Of a stretch of 64,000 bases of DNA, positions 27,691 through 37,909 are shown piece by piece. This stretch comes from Flavobacteriaceae bacterium (GTDB taxonomy: Bacteria > Bacteroidota > Bacteroidia > Flavobacteriales > Flavobacteriaceae): positions 21,178-85,177 of the forward strand of contig JAYPEX010000009.1 of the NCBI GenBank assembly GCA_038125995.1, read 5' to 3'. The notes beneath the pieces are model-generated. The model was not told the DNA's origin. It ran no database searches and saw only the letters and a program-made list of their open reading frames with translations. The position numbers were made by a program, and so were the translations under genes. How positions within the stretch are numbered: the first letter of the stretch is position 1; every line of letters begins with the position of its first letter.

Positions 27691-27718
27691 AAAAAAAGGC
27701 CCTAATTGGGCCTTTTTG
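27691..27718. terminator. bidirectional intrinsic terminator
   Basis: Sequence aaaaaaa-GGCCC-taatt-GGGCC-ttttt, between purD (+) and the convergent small membrane protein gene (-). Confidence 0.75.
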
Positions 27719-27739
27719 TTTTATTGTAGTATATTCTGA

Positions 27740-27970
27740 TTAAAGGAACGAATGAGAAGTACTTGACTTATCTTCTTCATTGTTATCTTCGAATATTTTT
27801 AATTGTTTCATCCAGTAAACAAAGGCAACAAAACCAATAATTACAAACATCCAGTTAACAGTATTTTGTAACCACCAGTTGTCTGCAAAACGAATAGCGT
27901 CTAATGGTGCAAATAATACATCTACAAATAAGGTTTCAATACTTTTCCATATACTAGTCCAAAATCCCAT
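27740..27970 (-). CDS. small membrane protein of unknown function
   Basis: 76 aa, Trp-rich, with one or two hydrophobic segments (NWMFVIIGFVAFVYW). No assignable motif. Confidence 0.5.
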   Translation of the reverse strand: MGFWTSIWKSIETLFVDVLFAPLDAIRFADNWWLQNTVNWMFVIIGFVAFVYWMKQLKIFEDNNEEDKSSTSHSFL

Positions 27971-28050
27971 AACTTTAATTTTTTTGTGGTTCTTTAGTTC
28001 ACTTTAAAAGCGAAGCTTATCTTTATGGGACAAAAATATAAAATCCTAAG

Positions 28051-28965
28051 ATGATTTCAAGTGTTTTTGACAAAACTAATCCAATAAATTATGTTGTAGC
28101 CCTGTTATTGTTCAGTGTTCACTACTGGTTTTGGTTTTGGGCAACAGGAGATGAAGTCTATTCAACCGTTGAATTGCTGGTGTTTTTTGGCAAACTCACT
28201 GTTGTTGGTTTGGGAATGTTACTCGTTGAATTCACGGTAAAGAAGAATCAGATAAGCAGTAAAAACACCTATGTCATTCTATTGTTTACCGTGTTTTTTG
28301 GGTTTTTTCAAAATCACATATACGACAGAAATACCCTTCTCGCCCTTTTTTTCTTATTGCTAGCTTTTAGGAGAATCTTAAGTATTCGCTCTTTGATTTC
28401 TATTAAACTAAAGGTTTTTGATTCTAGTTTTTGGATTTTAATAGCCTCTTATTTCAATCCTTCCGCTTTGCATTTCTTTTTGATTTTGGCTTTTGCGATT
28501 TATTTTTATCAATTTGAAAAACTCAAAAATTGGCTAGTAATCCTTCCTGCAATTGGAGTCTATTTATTGCTTGTGTTTGCTTACAAGGGAATCGATGAAG
28601 CCCAGGCTTTTTTTGATCAACACTATCAGTTTCAAATAAATTTTGGCGACTTGAGCTTTTCAAAGAATCATTTGGTCGTTTTGGGATTTATCTTTTTGGG
28701 AATTCTCGCATCCATTGTCACTTATCACGGACTCAGTAGGACATTGATCGGAAAACTAATCAGTATACGATTAGTTCTTTTAAGTTTTTTTGTCGCTGCG
28801 TTTATCGCTCTAGCGAACCTATCTAAGGGACAAGATGCCATCTTTTTATTGTTCCCGGTTTCTGTGATTTATACAAACGTCCTTGAGGCGATTCAAAAAT
28901 TCTGGATTAAAGATCTAATCCTCCTCGGGTTCATCGCACTTCCATTCGTATTGTATGCTCTCTAA
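28051..28965 (+). CDS. polytopic integral membrane protein of unknown function
   Basis: 304 aa with about 8-9 hydrophobic helices and no catalytic motif. Confidence 0.5.
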   Translation: MISSVFDKTNPINYVVALLLFSVHYWFWFWATGDEVYSTVELLVFFGKLTVVGLGMLLVEFTVKKNQISSKNTYVILLFTVFFGFFQNHIYDRNTLLALFFLLLAFRRILSIRSLISIKLKVFDSSFWILIASYFNPSALHFFLILAFAIYFYQFEKLKNWLVILPAIGVYLLLVFAYKGIDEAQAFFDQHYQFQINFGDLSFSKNHLVVLGFIFLGILASIVTYHGLSRTLIGKLISIRLVLLSFFVAAFIALANLSKGQDAIFLLFPVSVIYTNVLEAIQKFWIKDLILLGFIALPFVLYAL

Positions 28966-28971
28966 TAAAGT

Positions 28972-30021
28972 TTAGACGTCGTCGTAGTCCAACTCAATTT
29001 CTGAAGAGGTAGCGTGTGCCATACAGCTCAGAATCAACCCTTCTTCAATTTCAGAATCGGTTAGAACTTCATTTTTTTCCATGACAGCCGATCCCTTAGT
29101 AACTCTTGCAATACAAGTGCTACATATGCCACCGTGGCAGGAGTAGGGGACGTCAATTTTTTCCTTAAGACAGGCGTCTAAAAGAGTGGTTTTTGAATCG
29201 CAGCTCAGTTGATAATCAACTTCGTCAAGCACAACTTTAACTTGAACGGTTCCTGTTGCCGTTGGAGCGGATTCTGATTTAGTGGTGTTACTGACAAATC
29301 GTTCGAAGTGAATACGATCTTGATCGATACCAAGCGCCTCCAAAGTTGAAAGGCTAGTGTTAATCATATCTTCAGGCCCACAAACAAAATAGTCATCAAA
29401 GGATGTATGGGAATACGTATTTTTGAAAAAGTGATTGATAATTCCCTTGTCAATTCTTCCAAATTGAGTTCTTGGGACATTCGCTCTACTGTAAACCCAT
29501 TCGAGTAGGAAACGATCTGGATACTGTTCTTGTAGTGCTAGCAGTTCATTTCGATACATGACTTCTTCCACTGTTTTGTTTCCGAAAATCAATAAGACTT
29601 TTGAAGTGTCATTGGAGTTCAAAACAGATTTGGCAATACTCATCATAGGAGTAATCCCTGACCCTGCAGCAAGTAGCGCTATATTTTGAATGTTTGGATT
29701 TGGATTCCAAAAAAAGGTTCCAAGCGGAGTCATGACATCGAGATGATCACCTTCTTTTAGTTTTTCTACAGCAAAAGTCGAAAAAATTCCTCCAGTTACT
29801 TTTTTAATTCCCACACTGAGATCATTCTCAAAAGGAGCAGCAGAAATTGAATAGGCTCTTCGAACAGATTCCCCGTTGATATCGGCTTTTAAAGTGAGGT
29901 ATTGCCCCGGATTAAATTCATATGAATCTTTTAGATTTTGAGGTAGTTCTAACTTCAGATTAACGGCGTTTGCAGCTAATTGATCGATTTGACTTATTTT
30001 TAGAGAATAAAATTCGGACAT
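28972..30021 (-). CDS. ferredoxin-NAD(P) reductase with fused plant-type 2Fe-2S ferredoxin domain (PaaE-like)
   Basis: Taken from the internal Met (MSEFYSLKI). Contains FAD motif RRAYSIS, NAD motif AAGSGITPM and C-terminal CHGGICSTC...C. The start at 30021 is supported by a -7 motif lying inside the longer ORF. Confidence 0.8.
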   Translation of the reverse strand: MSEFYSLKISQIDQLAANAVNLKLELPQNLKDSYEFNPGQYLTLKADINGESVRRAYSISAAPFENDLSVGIKKVTGGIFSTFAVEKLKEGDHLDVMTPLGTFFWNPNPNIQNIALLAAGSGITPMMSIAKSVLNSNDTSKVLLIFGNKTVEEVMYRNELLALQEQYPDRFLLEWVYSRANVPRTQFGRIDKGIINHFFKNTYSHTSFDDYFVCGPEDMINTSLSTLEALGIDQDRIHFERFVSNTTKSESAPTATGTVQVKVVLDEVDYQLSCDSKTTLLDACLKEKIDVPYSCHGGICSTCIARVTKGSAVMEKNEVLTDSEIEEGLILSCMAHATSSEIELDYDDV

Positions 30022-30038
30022 TCGTGTAAATTTTAATT

Positions 30039-30046
30039 CAAAAGTA
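30039..30046 (-). promoter_or_regulatory. -7 promoter element (TACTTTTG) upstream of the PaaE-like reductase
   Basis: TAnnTTTG on the minus strand, 17 nt before the ATG at 30021. Confidence 0.45.
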
Positions 30047-30065
30047 CGCAATTAAAAGAAAATTT

Positions 30066-31541
30066 ATGAAAACCATTCGGCAATTTCTCTATTTAGAATG
30101 GAACGCTTTTAAACGTTCTCCCACTTTTGAAACGAACCTCTCCATTAAAATTCTTATGGGTTTAGTGGCGCTTTATTTTATCGCCGTATTTTTGGCATTG
30201 GGAGTGGGTGTTTTCTTTATTGCTAAAGACGTCGGAGCTGAAGACCCTCTTGTTTGGGTCAATAAGTTTATGATTTATTATTTAGCGGCTGATCTTTTCA
30301 TGCGTTACAGCATGCAAAAGATGCCTATTACTAGAATCAAGCAGTTACTATTAACACCTATCCACAAGAATCAAATCATTAGATTTTCATTATTAAAAAC
30401 GAGTTTCTCATTTTTTAACATCATCCACCTGTTCTTTTTGATTCCCTTTTCAGTGGTTTTGATCGCTCACGATTATTCCATTTTTGGTGTTTTGTCATGG
30501 TTTTTGGGTGTGTTTATGCTGATTTTGTCTTCGAATTATCTGAATGTTTTTGTCAATTCAAGTGATAAGACTTTTTATATAGCGGCAGCGATCTATGTCA
30601 TTTTAGGCTTAAGTCAGTATCTAGAGTATTTTGACATTACAATTTATACAGCACCTTTTTTTAATGAACTATTTGAGCATCTATATTTCCTGATTTTTCC
30701 GATGGGGTTGTTGTTTTTTATGCGTCTTAGAGCAGTCCGGTTTTTTACGAATCACATGTTCTTAGATACGGGATTGTCTCAAAAAGAAGAATCCGTTCGC
30801 AACATCGATTTTGATTTTCTCAAGCGATTAGGCTCTTTAGGAAATTTATTGACCAATGATATGCGAATGATCCTTCGCAACAAACGACCTAAACAAGCCG
30901 TGATTGCAGGGATTGCCTTTTTGTTTTACGGTTTGTTGTTTTATACAGGCTCTATAGAGGCATATGAATCTCCAATGATGAAAATGTTCGCAGGAATATT
31001 TGTCACAGGAGGGTTTCTTTTTATGTTTGGTTCCTATGTGCCAAGTTGGGATTCTGCCTATTATCCGCTTTTAATGACACAGAATTTGTCGTATAAAGAG
31101 TATTTAAAGTCCAAATGGGCTCTTGTAGTTTTTGCAGTCATTCTCAGCACCATTATCTCGAGTTTTTATCTCTTCATCAGTCTTGAGGCTTTTGGATATA
31201 TTTTGGCTGGAGGATTCTTTAATCTCGGTCTTAACGCCTATTTGGTGATTTTTTCAGGAGCCTTTGTCAAAGTTCCAGTCGATTTAACATCCGGCAAAAA
31301 ACCCTTCGGAGACTCCCAGGCTATGAACGCCAAAACCATGCTGCTGAGTTTGCCAAAGATTTTATTCCCTGTAGGAGTTTACGCTCTAGGTTATTATACG
31401 GCTGGAAACTGGTTTGGAATAACCCTGTTAATATTATTAAGCCTACTCGGGCTTCTGTTTCACAATAAAATACTCGATGCCTTAGTCAAGCTCTACAATA
31501 GAGAAAAATACGACACTCTGGCCTCATACACTAAAAATTAA
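30066..31541 (+). CDS. polytopic membrane protein, putative permease partner of the downstream ABC ATPase (DUF5687-like)
   Basis: 491 aa with about 12 hydrophobic helices, separated by 3 nt from an ABC ATPase gene. The family name is from memory and uncertain. Confidence 0.55.
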   Translation: MKTIRQFLYLEWNAFKRSPTFETNLSIKILMGLVALYFIAVFLALGVGVFFIAKDVGAEDPLVWVNKFMIYYLAADLFMRYSMQKMPITRIKQLLLTPIHKNQIIRFSLLKTSFSFFNIIHLFFLIPFSVVLIAHDYSIFGVLSWFLGVFMLILSSNYLNVFVNSSDKTFYIAAAIYVILGLSQYLEYFDITIYTAPFFNELFEHLYFLIFPMGLLFFMRLRAVRFFTNHMFLDTGLSQKEESVRNIDFDFLKRLGSLGNLLTNDMRMILRNKRPKQAVIAGIAFLFYGLLFYTGSIEAYESPMMKMFAGIFVTGGFLFMFGSYVPSWDSAYYPLLMTQNLSYKEYLKSKWALVVFAVILSTIISSFYLFISLEAFGYILAGGFFNLGLNAYLVIFSGAFVKVPVDLTSGKKPFGDSQAMNAKTMLLSLPKILFPVGVYALGYYTAGNWFGITLLILLSLLGLLFHNKILDALVKLYNREKYDTLASYTKN

Positions 31542-31544
31542 TCG

Positions 31545-32240
31545 ATGATACAAGCAGTTGATTTGTCAAAAAAATACGGCGGGAATACCGTTTTAAACAT
31601 TGAAGAACTGAACATTCCAAAAGGAGAGTGTTTTGGTTTGGTCGGCAACAATGGAGCCGGAAAAACAACCTTGTTTAATTTGATACTAGACCTCATTAAG
31701 CCTTCTTCGGGTTTTGTTTTAAGTAAGGAAACAAGAGTGGATCAAAGCGAAGCCTGGAAGTCCTTCACGACAGCCTATATTGATGAGAGTTTTATCATTG
31801 GTTACTTAACCCCTGAAGAATACTTTAATTTCTTGGGAAACCTAAGAGGAATTTCAGCTGCGAGAGTAGAGGAAGAATTGACTCCTTTTAAGGCGCTATT
31901 TGGAGATGAAGTTTTGGGTCAGAAAAAATACATCAGAGATCTTTCTAAGGGGAATCAAAAAAAAGTGGGTATTGTTGCTGCTTTTTTGGGCGCTCCAGAA
32001 TTAGTCATCCTTGATGAACCCTTTGCAAATTTAGATCCCACAACTCAGATTCGACTCAAGAATTACCTCAAGGAGGTTCATTTAAACGGAGCGACTACAC
32101 TGCTGATTTCATCTCACGATCTCACCCATATCACTGAGGTTTGTGAACGCATTGTTGTGCTCAACAAGGGAGTTGTCGTTAAAGACCTCAAAACCTCTGA
32201 AGAAACCCTTAGAGAACTAGAGACCTACTTTTCGGTCTAA
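31545..32240 (+). CDS. ABC transporter ATP-binding protein
   Basis: 231 aa with Walker A GNNGAGKTT, signature LSKGNQKK, Walker B LVILDEP and an H-loop SSHD. Confidence 0.9.
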   Translation: MIQAVDLSKKYGGNTVLNIEELNIPKGECFGLVGNNGAGKTTLFNLILDLIKPSSGFVLSKETRVDQSEAWKSFTTAYIDESFIIGYLTPEEYFNFLGNLRGISAARVEEELTPFKALFGDEVLGQKKYIRDLSKGNQKKVGIVAAFLGAPELVILDEPFANLDPTTQIRLKNYLKEVHLNGATTLLISSHDLTHITEVCERIVVLNKGVVVKDLKTSEETLRELETYFSV

Positions 32241-32258
32241 AAGCTACACTTAAAATTG

Positions 32259-32266
32259 TAAGTTTG
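32259..32266 (+). promoter_or_regulatory. -7 promoter element (TAAGTTTG) upstream of the TPR lipoprotein gene
   Basis: Exact TAnnTTTG 37 nt before the ATG at 32304. Confidence 0.4.
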
Positions 32267-32303
32267 TACAATATTCATTGTAAAATGGTGTTATCTTCCC
32301 TAC

Positions 32304-34880
32304 ATGAAACAACTTATGATTAATTACAGATTCTCTATTGTTTGGGTTTCACTTCTAATAAGTGTACTAATGATCTCTTCGTGCTCTACTTCTAGAGATC
32401 GATTGATCAATAGAGAGTGGCATAAACTCAACACCAAATACAATGTTGTTTTTAACGGAAATGAATCTTTTAATGAGAACTGGAACACCCTCCAATCAGG
32501 GTATCGTGAAGACTTTTGGAAGCTATTGCCAATTGAACGACTAGATGTCGATCAAAAATATGTATTCAAATTTGATTCCGATGAAGATTCTCCTTTTGCA
32601 ATTGCTGAAGAAAAAGCCGTTAAAGCAATTAAAAAGCATGGAATGATGATTGAAGATCAGGAGGTCAATGCTCAAATGATAGAGGCCTATTTGCTTTTGG
32701 GGAAGGCTCGTTATTTTGATCAGCGATTTGTGCCGGCTTACGAGGCCTTCAGTTATATCATTAAAAAACACCCCGCTACGAATCGACTCAACAAAGTTCG
32801 TATTTGGAAAGAACGCACCAACATCCGTTTGGGAAATGAGGTCATTGCCATTGAAAATCTTAAGCGATTGATGAAATATCGCGAGCTTAAAGATCAAGAA
32901 CTGGCAGATGCCAATGCTACTATGGCTCAGGCCTATATGAATACAGACTCCATTGCTCAAGCAATTCACAAATTGACCATCGCGGTTGGAGTGACTCGTA
33001 AAAATGTAGAACGCGCTCGTTATCATTTTATACTCGGACAACTCTTTACCTCTAGCGGGGATATAGAGAAGGCTCAAGATCACTTTCAGCAGATTGTCGA
33101 ACAGGGAAGAAGAGCTCCAAGAGCTTTTTGGGTTCACTCCAAGCTTCGAACACTTCGTTTTGCAAACCTCGACAATGAGGATCAAACGGAGCAGTTAATA
33201 GAGCTGTCTGAAATGGTCAAAAATTGGCAAAATCAAGAGTATTTAGACGTGATTCACTATCAACAAGGGGTGGTGTATTTGGAAGAAGAAATGGACAGCT
33301 TAGGAGTAGTTTTTATCAACAAGTCGCTAAGAGCTAATCAGAATGACCCTACACTGACTGCTATGAGCTATGAGCTATTAGCGGATCACTATTTCGACAA
33401 CAATGAGTATTTGTCTGCACACACCTATTACGACAGTTTACTCCCCTATTTGGTCAATCCATCTGAAAAATACAGAGCGATTCAAAAGCGTTCTCTAAAA
33501 TTAGCCGAAGTAGCACTTTACGAAACAAGAGTAGCAGCAATTGATTCCATCTTAGATCTCGCAAATGCTCCAAAAGATCGTCAACTTGAATTAATCGAAA
33601 AATACGTACAAACTCTACAGCTTCAAGAAGATAAAAAACAGCAGCTTCAAAAAGAAGAAAAAGAGGCCAAAGAAAAGAAAGCCAATGAGGCCTTTTCAAA
33701 CCCTTCTTCTCCAACTCGAGGAAGCTTCTACTTTTACAATCCTACAATGATTGAAAGAGGTCAAAAGTCTTTTAGACAACAATGGGGAGATCGTGCGTTG
33801 GCTGATAACTGGAGATCGGAACAAAAAACGAAGCAGGTCAAATTAATTGATGAGGAGGAATCAGCAGTGAATAAGCAAGTTATAGAAGAACAAGAAAAGC
33901 GTTCTTCTAAATTTGATCCAGAATTTTATCTAAGTCAAATACCAATAGAAGAGAAGGCGCTCGACAGTCTTGAAAGAGAGAAAAACTACGCTCATTTTAG
34001 ATTGGGAACGATCTATAAGGAAAGTTTTGAACGTTACGATCTGGCCCTAAAAAACTTGATGATATCGAGTTTGTACACCCCCTCAGAAGCCCTATGCTTA
34101 CCTTCTTTATACGCTATTTACAAAACTTATGAATTACTCGACGATGACCAAAAAGCCATTCAGGTCAAAAACAAAATCATCAACAGCTATCCTGAATCGG
34201 TATACGCACAGGTCTTAAAAGACCCATCTAAGGCGTTACTGTTGTCTGCGTCTGATTTTGACAAACAGTATCAAAGGGTCTATCAATCCTTTAAAAATCA
34301 AAAGTACGACTCCGTTGTAAGGACTGTTAATGAGATCTTAGATCGAACAACTGATATCGAAGAAGCTGGTAAATGGACCAACTTAAAAGCACTTGCTGTG
34401 GGTCGATCTGAGGGTTTTGTTTCCTATAAAAGAGAGATGGAGCAATTAGTTAAAGACTATCCATCATCATCAGCTGCAGCAAACGCAGTAGAATTTCTTA
34501 CCAAGGCTAATACAGCTATAGGAAATCCTGAATTTGGAGATCCACTCGATAGTGATCATTGGAAACTCGCTATTTGGGTCAACAATCAACAAGCGTCTAA
34601 TGACTCCATTATTGGCCAAAGAATTCGTTCGTTGTTTAAAGACGATTTATCCCATCTTCGCTATTCAAAAGAATCCTATTCTCCTGTTCAAGATGTGTAC
34701 GTCGTTCATGGCTTTCCAACTCAAATTGAGACGGTTAGATTTTCAAAAAATCCAATTTTTAATGATCCTACCTTTGACAACGGAGAGTTTTTTGTAATTT
34801 TAGCATCCCACTATAGAACCATACAGCTCTATAAGAACTTAAAGGCCTATAGCGAAAAACACAAAGCATTAAAACGATAA
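32304..34880 (+). CDS. sprE: large TPR-repeat lipoprotein, probably the T9SS/gliding component SprE (PorW)
   Basis: 858 aa with lipobox MISSC, TPR-like helical repeats and a central Lys/Glu/Gln coiled segment. Size, lipoprotein nature and position just upstream of the bactofilin-atp cluster fit flavobacterial SprE. Not verified by alignment. Confidence 0.5.
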   Translation: MKQLMINYRFSIVWVSLLISVLMISSCSTSRDRLINREWHKLNTKYNVVFNGNESFNENWNTLQSGYREDFWKLLPIERLDVDQKYVFKFDSDEDSPFAIAEEKAVKAIKKHGMMIEDQEVNAQMIEAYLLLGKARYFDQRFVPAYEAFSYIIKKHPATNRLNKVRIWKERTNIRLGNEVIAIENLKRLMKYRELKDQELADANATMAQAYMNTDSIAQAIHKLTIAVGVTRKNVERARYHFILGQLFTSSGDIEKAQDHFQQIVEQGRRAPRAFWVHSKLRTLRFANLDNEDQTEQLIELSEMVKNWQNQEYLDVIHYQQGVVYLEEEMDSLGVVFINKSLRANQNDPTLTAMSYELLADHYFDNNEYLSAHTYYDSLLPYLVNPSEKYRAIQKRSLKLAEVALYETRVAAIDSILDLANAPKDRQLELIEKYVQTLQLQEDKKQQLQKEEKEAKEKKANEAFSNPSSPTRGSFYFYNPTMIERGQKSFRQQWGDRALADNWRSEQKTKQVKLIDEEESAVNKQVIEEQEKRSSKFDPEFYLSQIPIEEKALDSLEREKNYAHFRLGTIYKESFERYDLALKNLMISSLYTPSEALCLPSLYAIYKTYELLDDDQKAIQVKNKIINSYPESVYAQVLKDPSKALLLSASDFDKQYQRVYQSFKNQKYDSVVRTVNEILDRTTDIEEAGKWTNLKALAVGRSEGFVSYKREMEQLVKDYPSSSAAANAVEFLTKANTAIGNPEFGDPLDSDHWKLAIWVNNQQASNDSIIGQRIRSLFKDDLSHLRYSKESYSPVQDVYVVHGFPTQIETVRFSKNPIFNDPTFDNGEFFVILASHYRTIQLYKNLKAYSEKHKALKR

Positions 34881-34882
34881 CC

Positions 34883-35302
34883 ATGTTTACAGACAACAAC
34901 AAAAAAACGAGCGCTTCAACTGATTTGAGATCGCAGCCCAATAGAATTGAAAAAGAAACAACAATCATTGGCTCTATCGTATCGAAAGACGATTTTAGAA
35001 TCGAAGGAAGACTTGAAGGAAGTTTAACGACTTCTGGAAAGGTAGTTATAGGTAAATCGGGGTCTATAGAAGGACAAGTTGATTGTGTCAACGCCGATAT
35101 TGAGGGAACTTTTAAAGGAGAGATCAAAGTTGCTGAATTACTCAACCTTCAATCTCAGTCTTCTGTTGAAGGAACGGTTCAAACCACTAAATTAGCTATT
35201 GCTCCTGGGGCTATTTTTGAAGCAGAATGCAGCATGAAACCCAAAGGAGTATCGAGTTTGAAACCAGATCGAAAAGATGACCTCGCCCAAGAAGCCTCGT
35301 AA
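34883..35302 (+). CDS. bactofilin (polymer-forming cytoskeletal protein, DUF583)
   Basis: 139 aa with the repeating beta-helix pattern IIGSIVSKDDFRIEGRLEGSL..GKVVIGKSGSIEGQV...IEGTFKGEI...VEGTV. Confidence 0.8.
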   Translation: MFTDNNKKTSASTDLRSQPNRIEKETTIIGSIVSKDDFRIEGRLEGSLTTSGKVVIGKSGSIEGQVDCVNADIEGTFKGEIKVAELLNLQSQSSVEGTVQTTKLAIAPGAIFEAECSMKPKGVSSLKPDRKDDLAQEAS

Positions 35303-35504
35303 CAACAACCTTCGAAATTTTGGACTCTTATCAGCTATTGCTATTCAAATGGGAGCTATCATTTACTTTATGGTACAGATTGGCAAATGGGTCGACACCT
35401 ATTTTGAATTCGAAGGAAGACTAGGGCTCATTGTCTTTACCTTTATAGGAATCGTCATAGCGATGTGGTTAGTGATCAATCAAACAAAAAAAATTAAGAA
35501 TTGA
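35277..35504 (+). CDS. AtpZ/AtpI family protein
   Basis: 75 aa with two TM helices, located upstream of the F0 genes. Confidence 0.6.
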   Translation: MTSPKKPRNNNLRNFGLLSAIAIQMGAIIYFMVQIGKWVDTYFEFEGRLGLIVFTFIGIVIAMWLVINQTKKIKN

Positions 35505-35908
35505 CTTCTAAGCATTTTTTTTATCGATTTATCTTAGTGTTGTTTTTATTGCTTGTGGTGAGTTTTGTAATTCACTTCGTTGTACTTAGAGCGATCGACG
35601 AAAACTTTGAGTTTCATTTATTGCTAATGACTTATTTGTCACTATTAGGAATGACAACTTTGATCGTTTTTGCAATTTATAAATTCCAAAAAAAATACTT
35701 TAGTCAGGTCGGTTTTTTGTTTTTGGCGGGATCCCTTTTAAAATTTGCCTTTTATTTCACCCTTTTAAATCCCTATTACGCCCATAATGAGCTTCCCAAA
35801 ACAAAGGCATTTTTGGTGTTTTTTGTTCCCTATGTGATTAGTCTTATCACGGAGTCCGTCTATGTTTCTAAGCTATTAAACAAGAAGGGACCACAAGGCG
35901 ATCACTGA
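35501..35908 (+). CDS. small membrane protein of unknown function in the atp leader region
   Basis: 135 aa with four hydrophobic helices and a TTG start in the ORF track. Both the start and function are uncertain. Confidence 0.4.
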   Translation: MTSKHFFYRFILVLFLLLVVSFVIHFVVLRAIDENFEFHLLLMTYLSLLGMTTLIVFAIYKFQKKYFSQVGFLFLAGSLLKFAFYFTLLNPYYAHNELPKTKAFLVFFVPYVISLITESVYVSKLLNKKGPQGDH

Positions 35909-35969
35909 CCCCCATAATTTTATCCACAAATTATCCTCAATAGACTTTTTTTAATTTAACGAAATAGCT

Positions 35970-35977
35970 TACATTTG
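35970..35977 (+). promoter_or_regulatory. -7 promoter element (TACATTTG) upstream of atpB
   Basis: Exact TAnnTTTG 31 nt before the atpB ATG, in the 100-nt gap preceding the structural atp genes. Confidence 0.45.
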
Positions 35978-36008
35978 CAGCGATTTTTAAGTGAATTAAA
36001 ATTTACAA

Positions 36009-37106
36009 ATGTCGAAAGCGCTTAATATGAAGTTTTTTAGTCTTGCTCTAGTATTTTTTGCAAGTATTAGTTTCGCAACTGCAAATACGAGTAATGATAG
36101 CTCTAATGGAGAAAAAGATCTCAAAACGGAGATTAATGAATACATCCAACACCACTTACAGGATTCTTACGATTTTTCTCTTTATTCATACACCAATAGT
36201 GAGCATGAACACGTGTATATTGGATTTCCACTTCCAGTAATTTTATGGGACAATGGACTTCAAGTATTTTCATCTTCAAAATTACACCACGGTGATGCTA
36301 TTGCGGAGGTAAACGGAAACTACTATGCTTTAATTCACGGAAAAATTTATAAAGGAGAAGCTGGTGTAAGTATCGATCAAATGAAAGAGGCCTTAGAGCA
36401 CGATCATCACGCTTACCACAAAATAATGAACGACTTTTCAATTACAAAGAGTGTTGTGATGATGCTACTTACAGGATTGTTGATGTTCATGCTGTTCTCT
36501 TCTCTTGCCAAGTCTTATGCTAATAACAAAGGAATTCCTACGGGTTTTGCTAGAATCTTTGAGCCCATCGTATTGTACATCCGCGATGATATCGCTCAGC
36601 CTAATATCGGACCTAATTACAAGAAGTACATGAGTTATTTGCTCACTATTTTCTTCTTTGTGTGGTTCTTAAACCTTTTTGGTTTGACGCCTCTAGGGGT
36701 GAATGTCACTGGAAACATTGCGGTGACTTTTGGATTGGCCTTATTGACATTCCTTATCACGAATCTTACTGGAAACAAAAATTACTGGGGACACATCTTC
36801 TGGATGCCCGGAGTTCCAGTTCCGATGAAAATATTATTAGCTCCTATTGAATTATTAGGAGTGATTATCAAGCCTTTTGCACTGATGATTCGTCTTTGGG
36901 CGAACATATCAGCAGGGCATATTGTATTAATGAGTATTATCGGTTTAATGTTTATTTTCCACTCTTGGTTGGGATCTAGCTTAAGCTTTTTACTGTCGTT
37001 TGTCTTAGCGATACTGGAGGTATTAGTTGCTGCTTTACAAGCGTATATATTTACGATGTTGTCTGCTTTGTATTTTGGTTTTGCCAACGAAGAAGCACAT
37101 CACTAA
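36009..37106 (+). CDS. atpB: F0F1 ATP synthase subunit a
   Basis: 365 aa. The C-terminal half carries the subunit-a signature LMIRLWANISAGH. The long N-terminal extension with a signal-like segment is common in Bacteroidetes. Confidence 0.9.
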   Translation: MSKALNMKFFSLALVFFASISFATANTSNDSSNGEKDLKTEINEYIQHHLQDSYDFSLYSYTNSEHEHVYIGFPLPVILWDNGLQVFSSSKLHHGDAIAEVNGNYYALIHGKIYKGEAGVSIDQMKEALEHDHHAYHKIMNDFSITKSVVMMLLTGLLMFMLFSSLAKSYANNKGIPTGFARIFEPIVLYIRDDIAQPNIGPNYKKYMSYLLTIFFFVWFLNLFGLTPLGVNVTGNIAVTFGLALLTFLITNLTGNKNYWGHIFWMPGVPVPMKILLAPIELLGVIIKPFALMIRLWANISAGHIVLMSIIGLMFIFHSWLGSSLSFLLSFVLAILEVLVAALQAYIFTMLSALYFGFANEEAHH

Positions 37107-37130
37107 AATTGAATGTTTAATTTTTAATAA

Positions 37131-37328
<198 letters not shown>

Positions 37329-37337
37329 TACAACAAT

Positions 37338-37373
37338 CAACAGTTAGGGCGGTTGGCTTTAACTGTTGTTTTT
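37338..37373 (+). terminator. stem-loop plus T-run after atpE (intra-operon attenuator or mRNA-stabilising hairpin)
   Basis: 9-bp perfect stem CAACAGTTA/TAACTGTTG with a 13-nt loop, followed by TTTTT. It lies between atpE and atpF. Confidence 0.5.
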
Positions 37374-37403
37374 AGATTTTTAACAGAGAATCCTATTTAG
37401 AAT

Positions 37404-37904
37404 ATGGAAAAATTAATTGAAGAATTTTCTTTTGGACTTTTTATTTGGCAGACCGTAATTTTTGTCGGTTTGGTACTTTTATTAAAGAAGTTTGCCTGGA
37501 AACCGATTTTGGATGCCGTTAACGAGAGAGAAGAAGGAATCAAAGGAGCTCTAGAAGCTGCAGATGAGGCTAGAAAAGAATTACAAAACCTTAATGCTGA
37601 CAACGAAAAGCTTCTTAAAGAAGCTAGAGCAGAGCGTGAAGTAATGATCAAAGAAGCTAGAGAGCTTAAAGAGAAAATGATTGCTGACGCTAAAGGTCAA
37701 GCAAAAGCTGAGGCTGATAAATTAGTAGCTCAAGCACAGGAAACAATCGAAAGCGAAAAGAAAGCGGCAGTAGCTGATATTAAAAAGCAAGTAGCTGAAC
37801 TTTCAATTGCGATTGCAGAAAAAGTTATTAAAGAAGAACTTTCTAATACGTCTAAACAAGACCAACTAGTAAGTGATTTAGTAAAAGATATCGAGATAAA
37901 CTAA
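37404..37904 (+). CDS. atpF: F0F1 ATP synthase subunit b
   Basis: 166 aa: an N-terminal TM helix followed by a long charged Ala/Glu/Lys helix. Confidence 0.87.
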   Translation: MEKLIEEFSFGLFIWQTVIFVGLVLLLKKFAWKPILDAVNEREEGIKGALEAADEARKELQNLNADNEKLLKEARAEREVMIKEARELKEKMIADAKGQAKAEADKLVAQAQETIESEKKAAVADIKKQVAELSIAIAEKVIKEELSNTSKQDQLVSDLVKDIEIN

Positions 37905-37909
37905 GAAGT

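Noticed and set aside
32541-33185. Long antisense ORFs inside well-supported genes: 214 aa opposite the SprE-like gene, and also 34768-35145, 50297-50689, 10728-11030, 8395-8715 and 36782-37087
   Set aside because: They lie entirely within and opposite strongly supported CDSs. They have odd, low-complexity or Leu/Phe/Ser-rich composition and no recognisable motifs. These are typical shadow ORFs.
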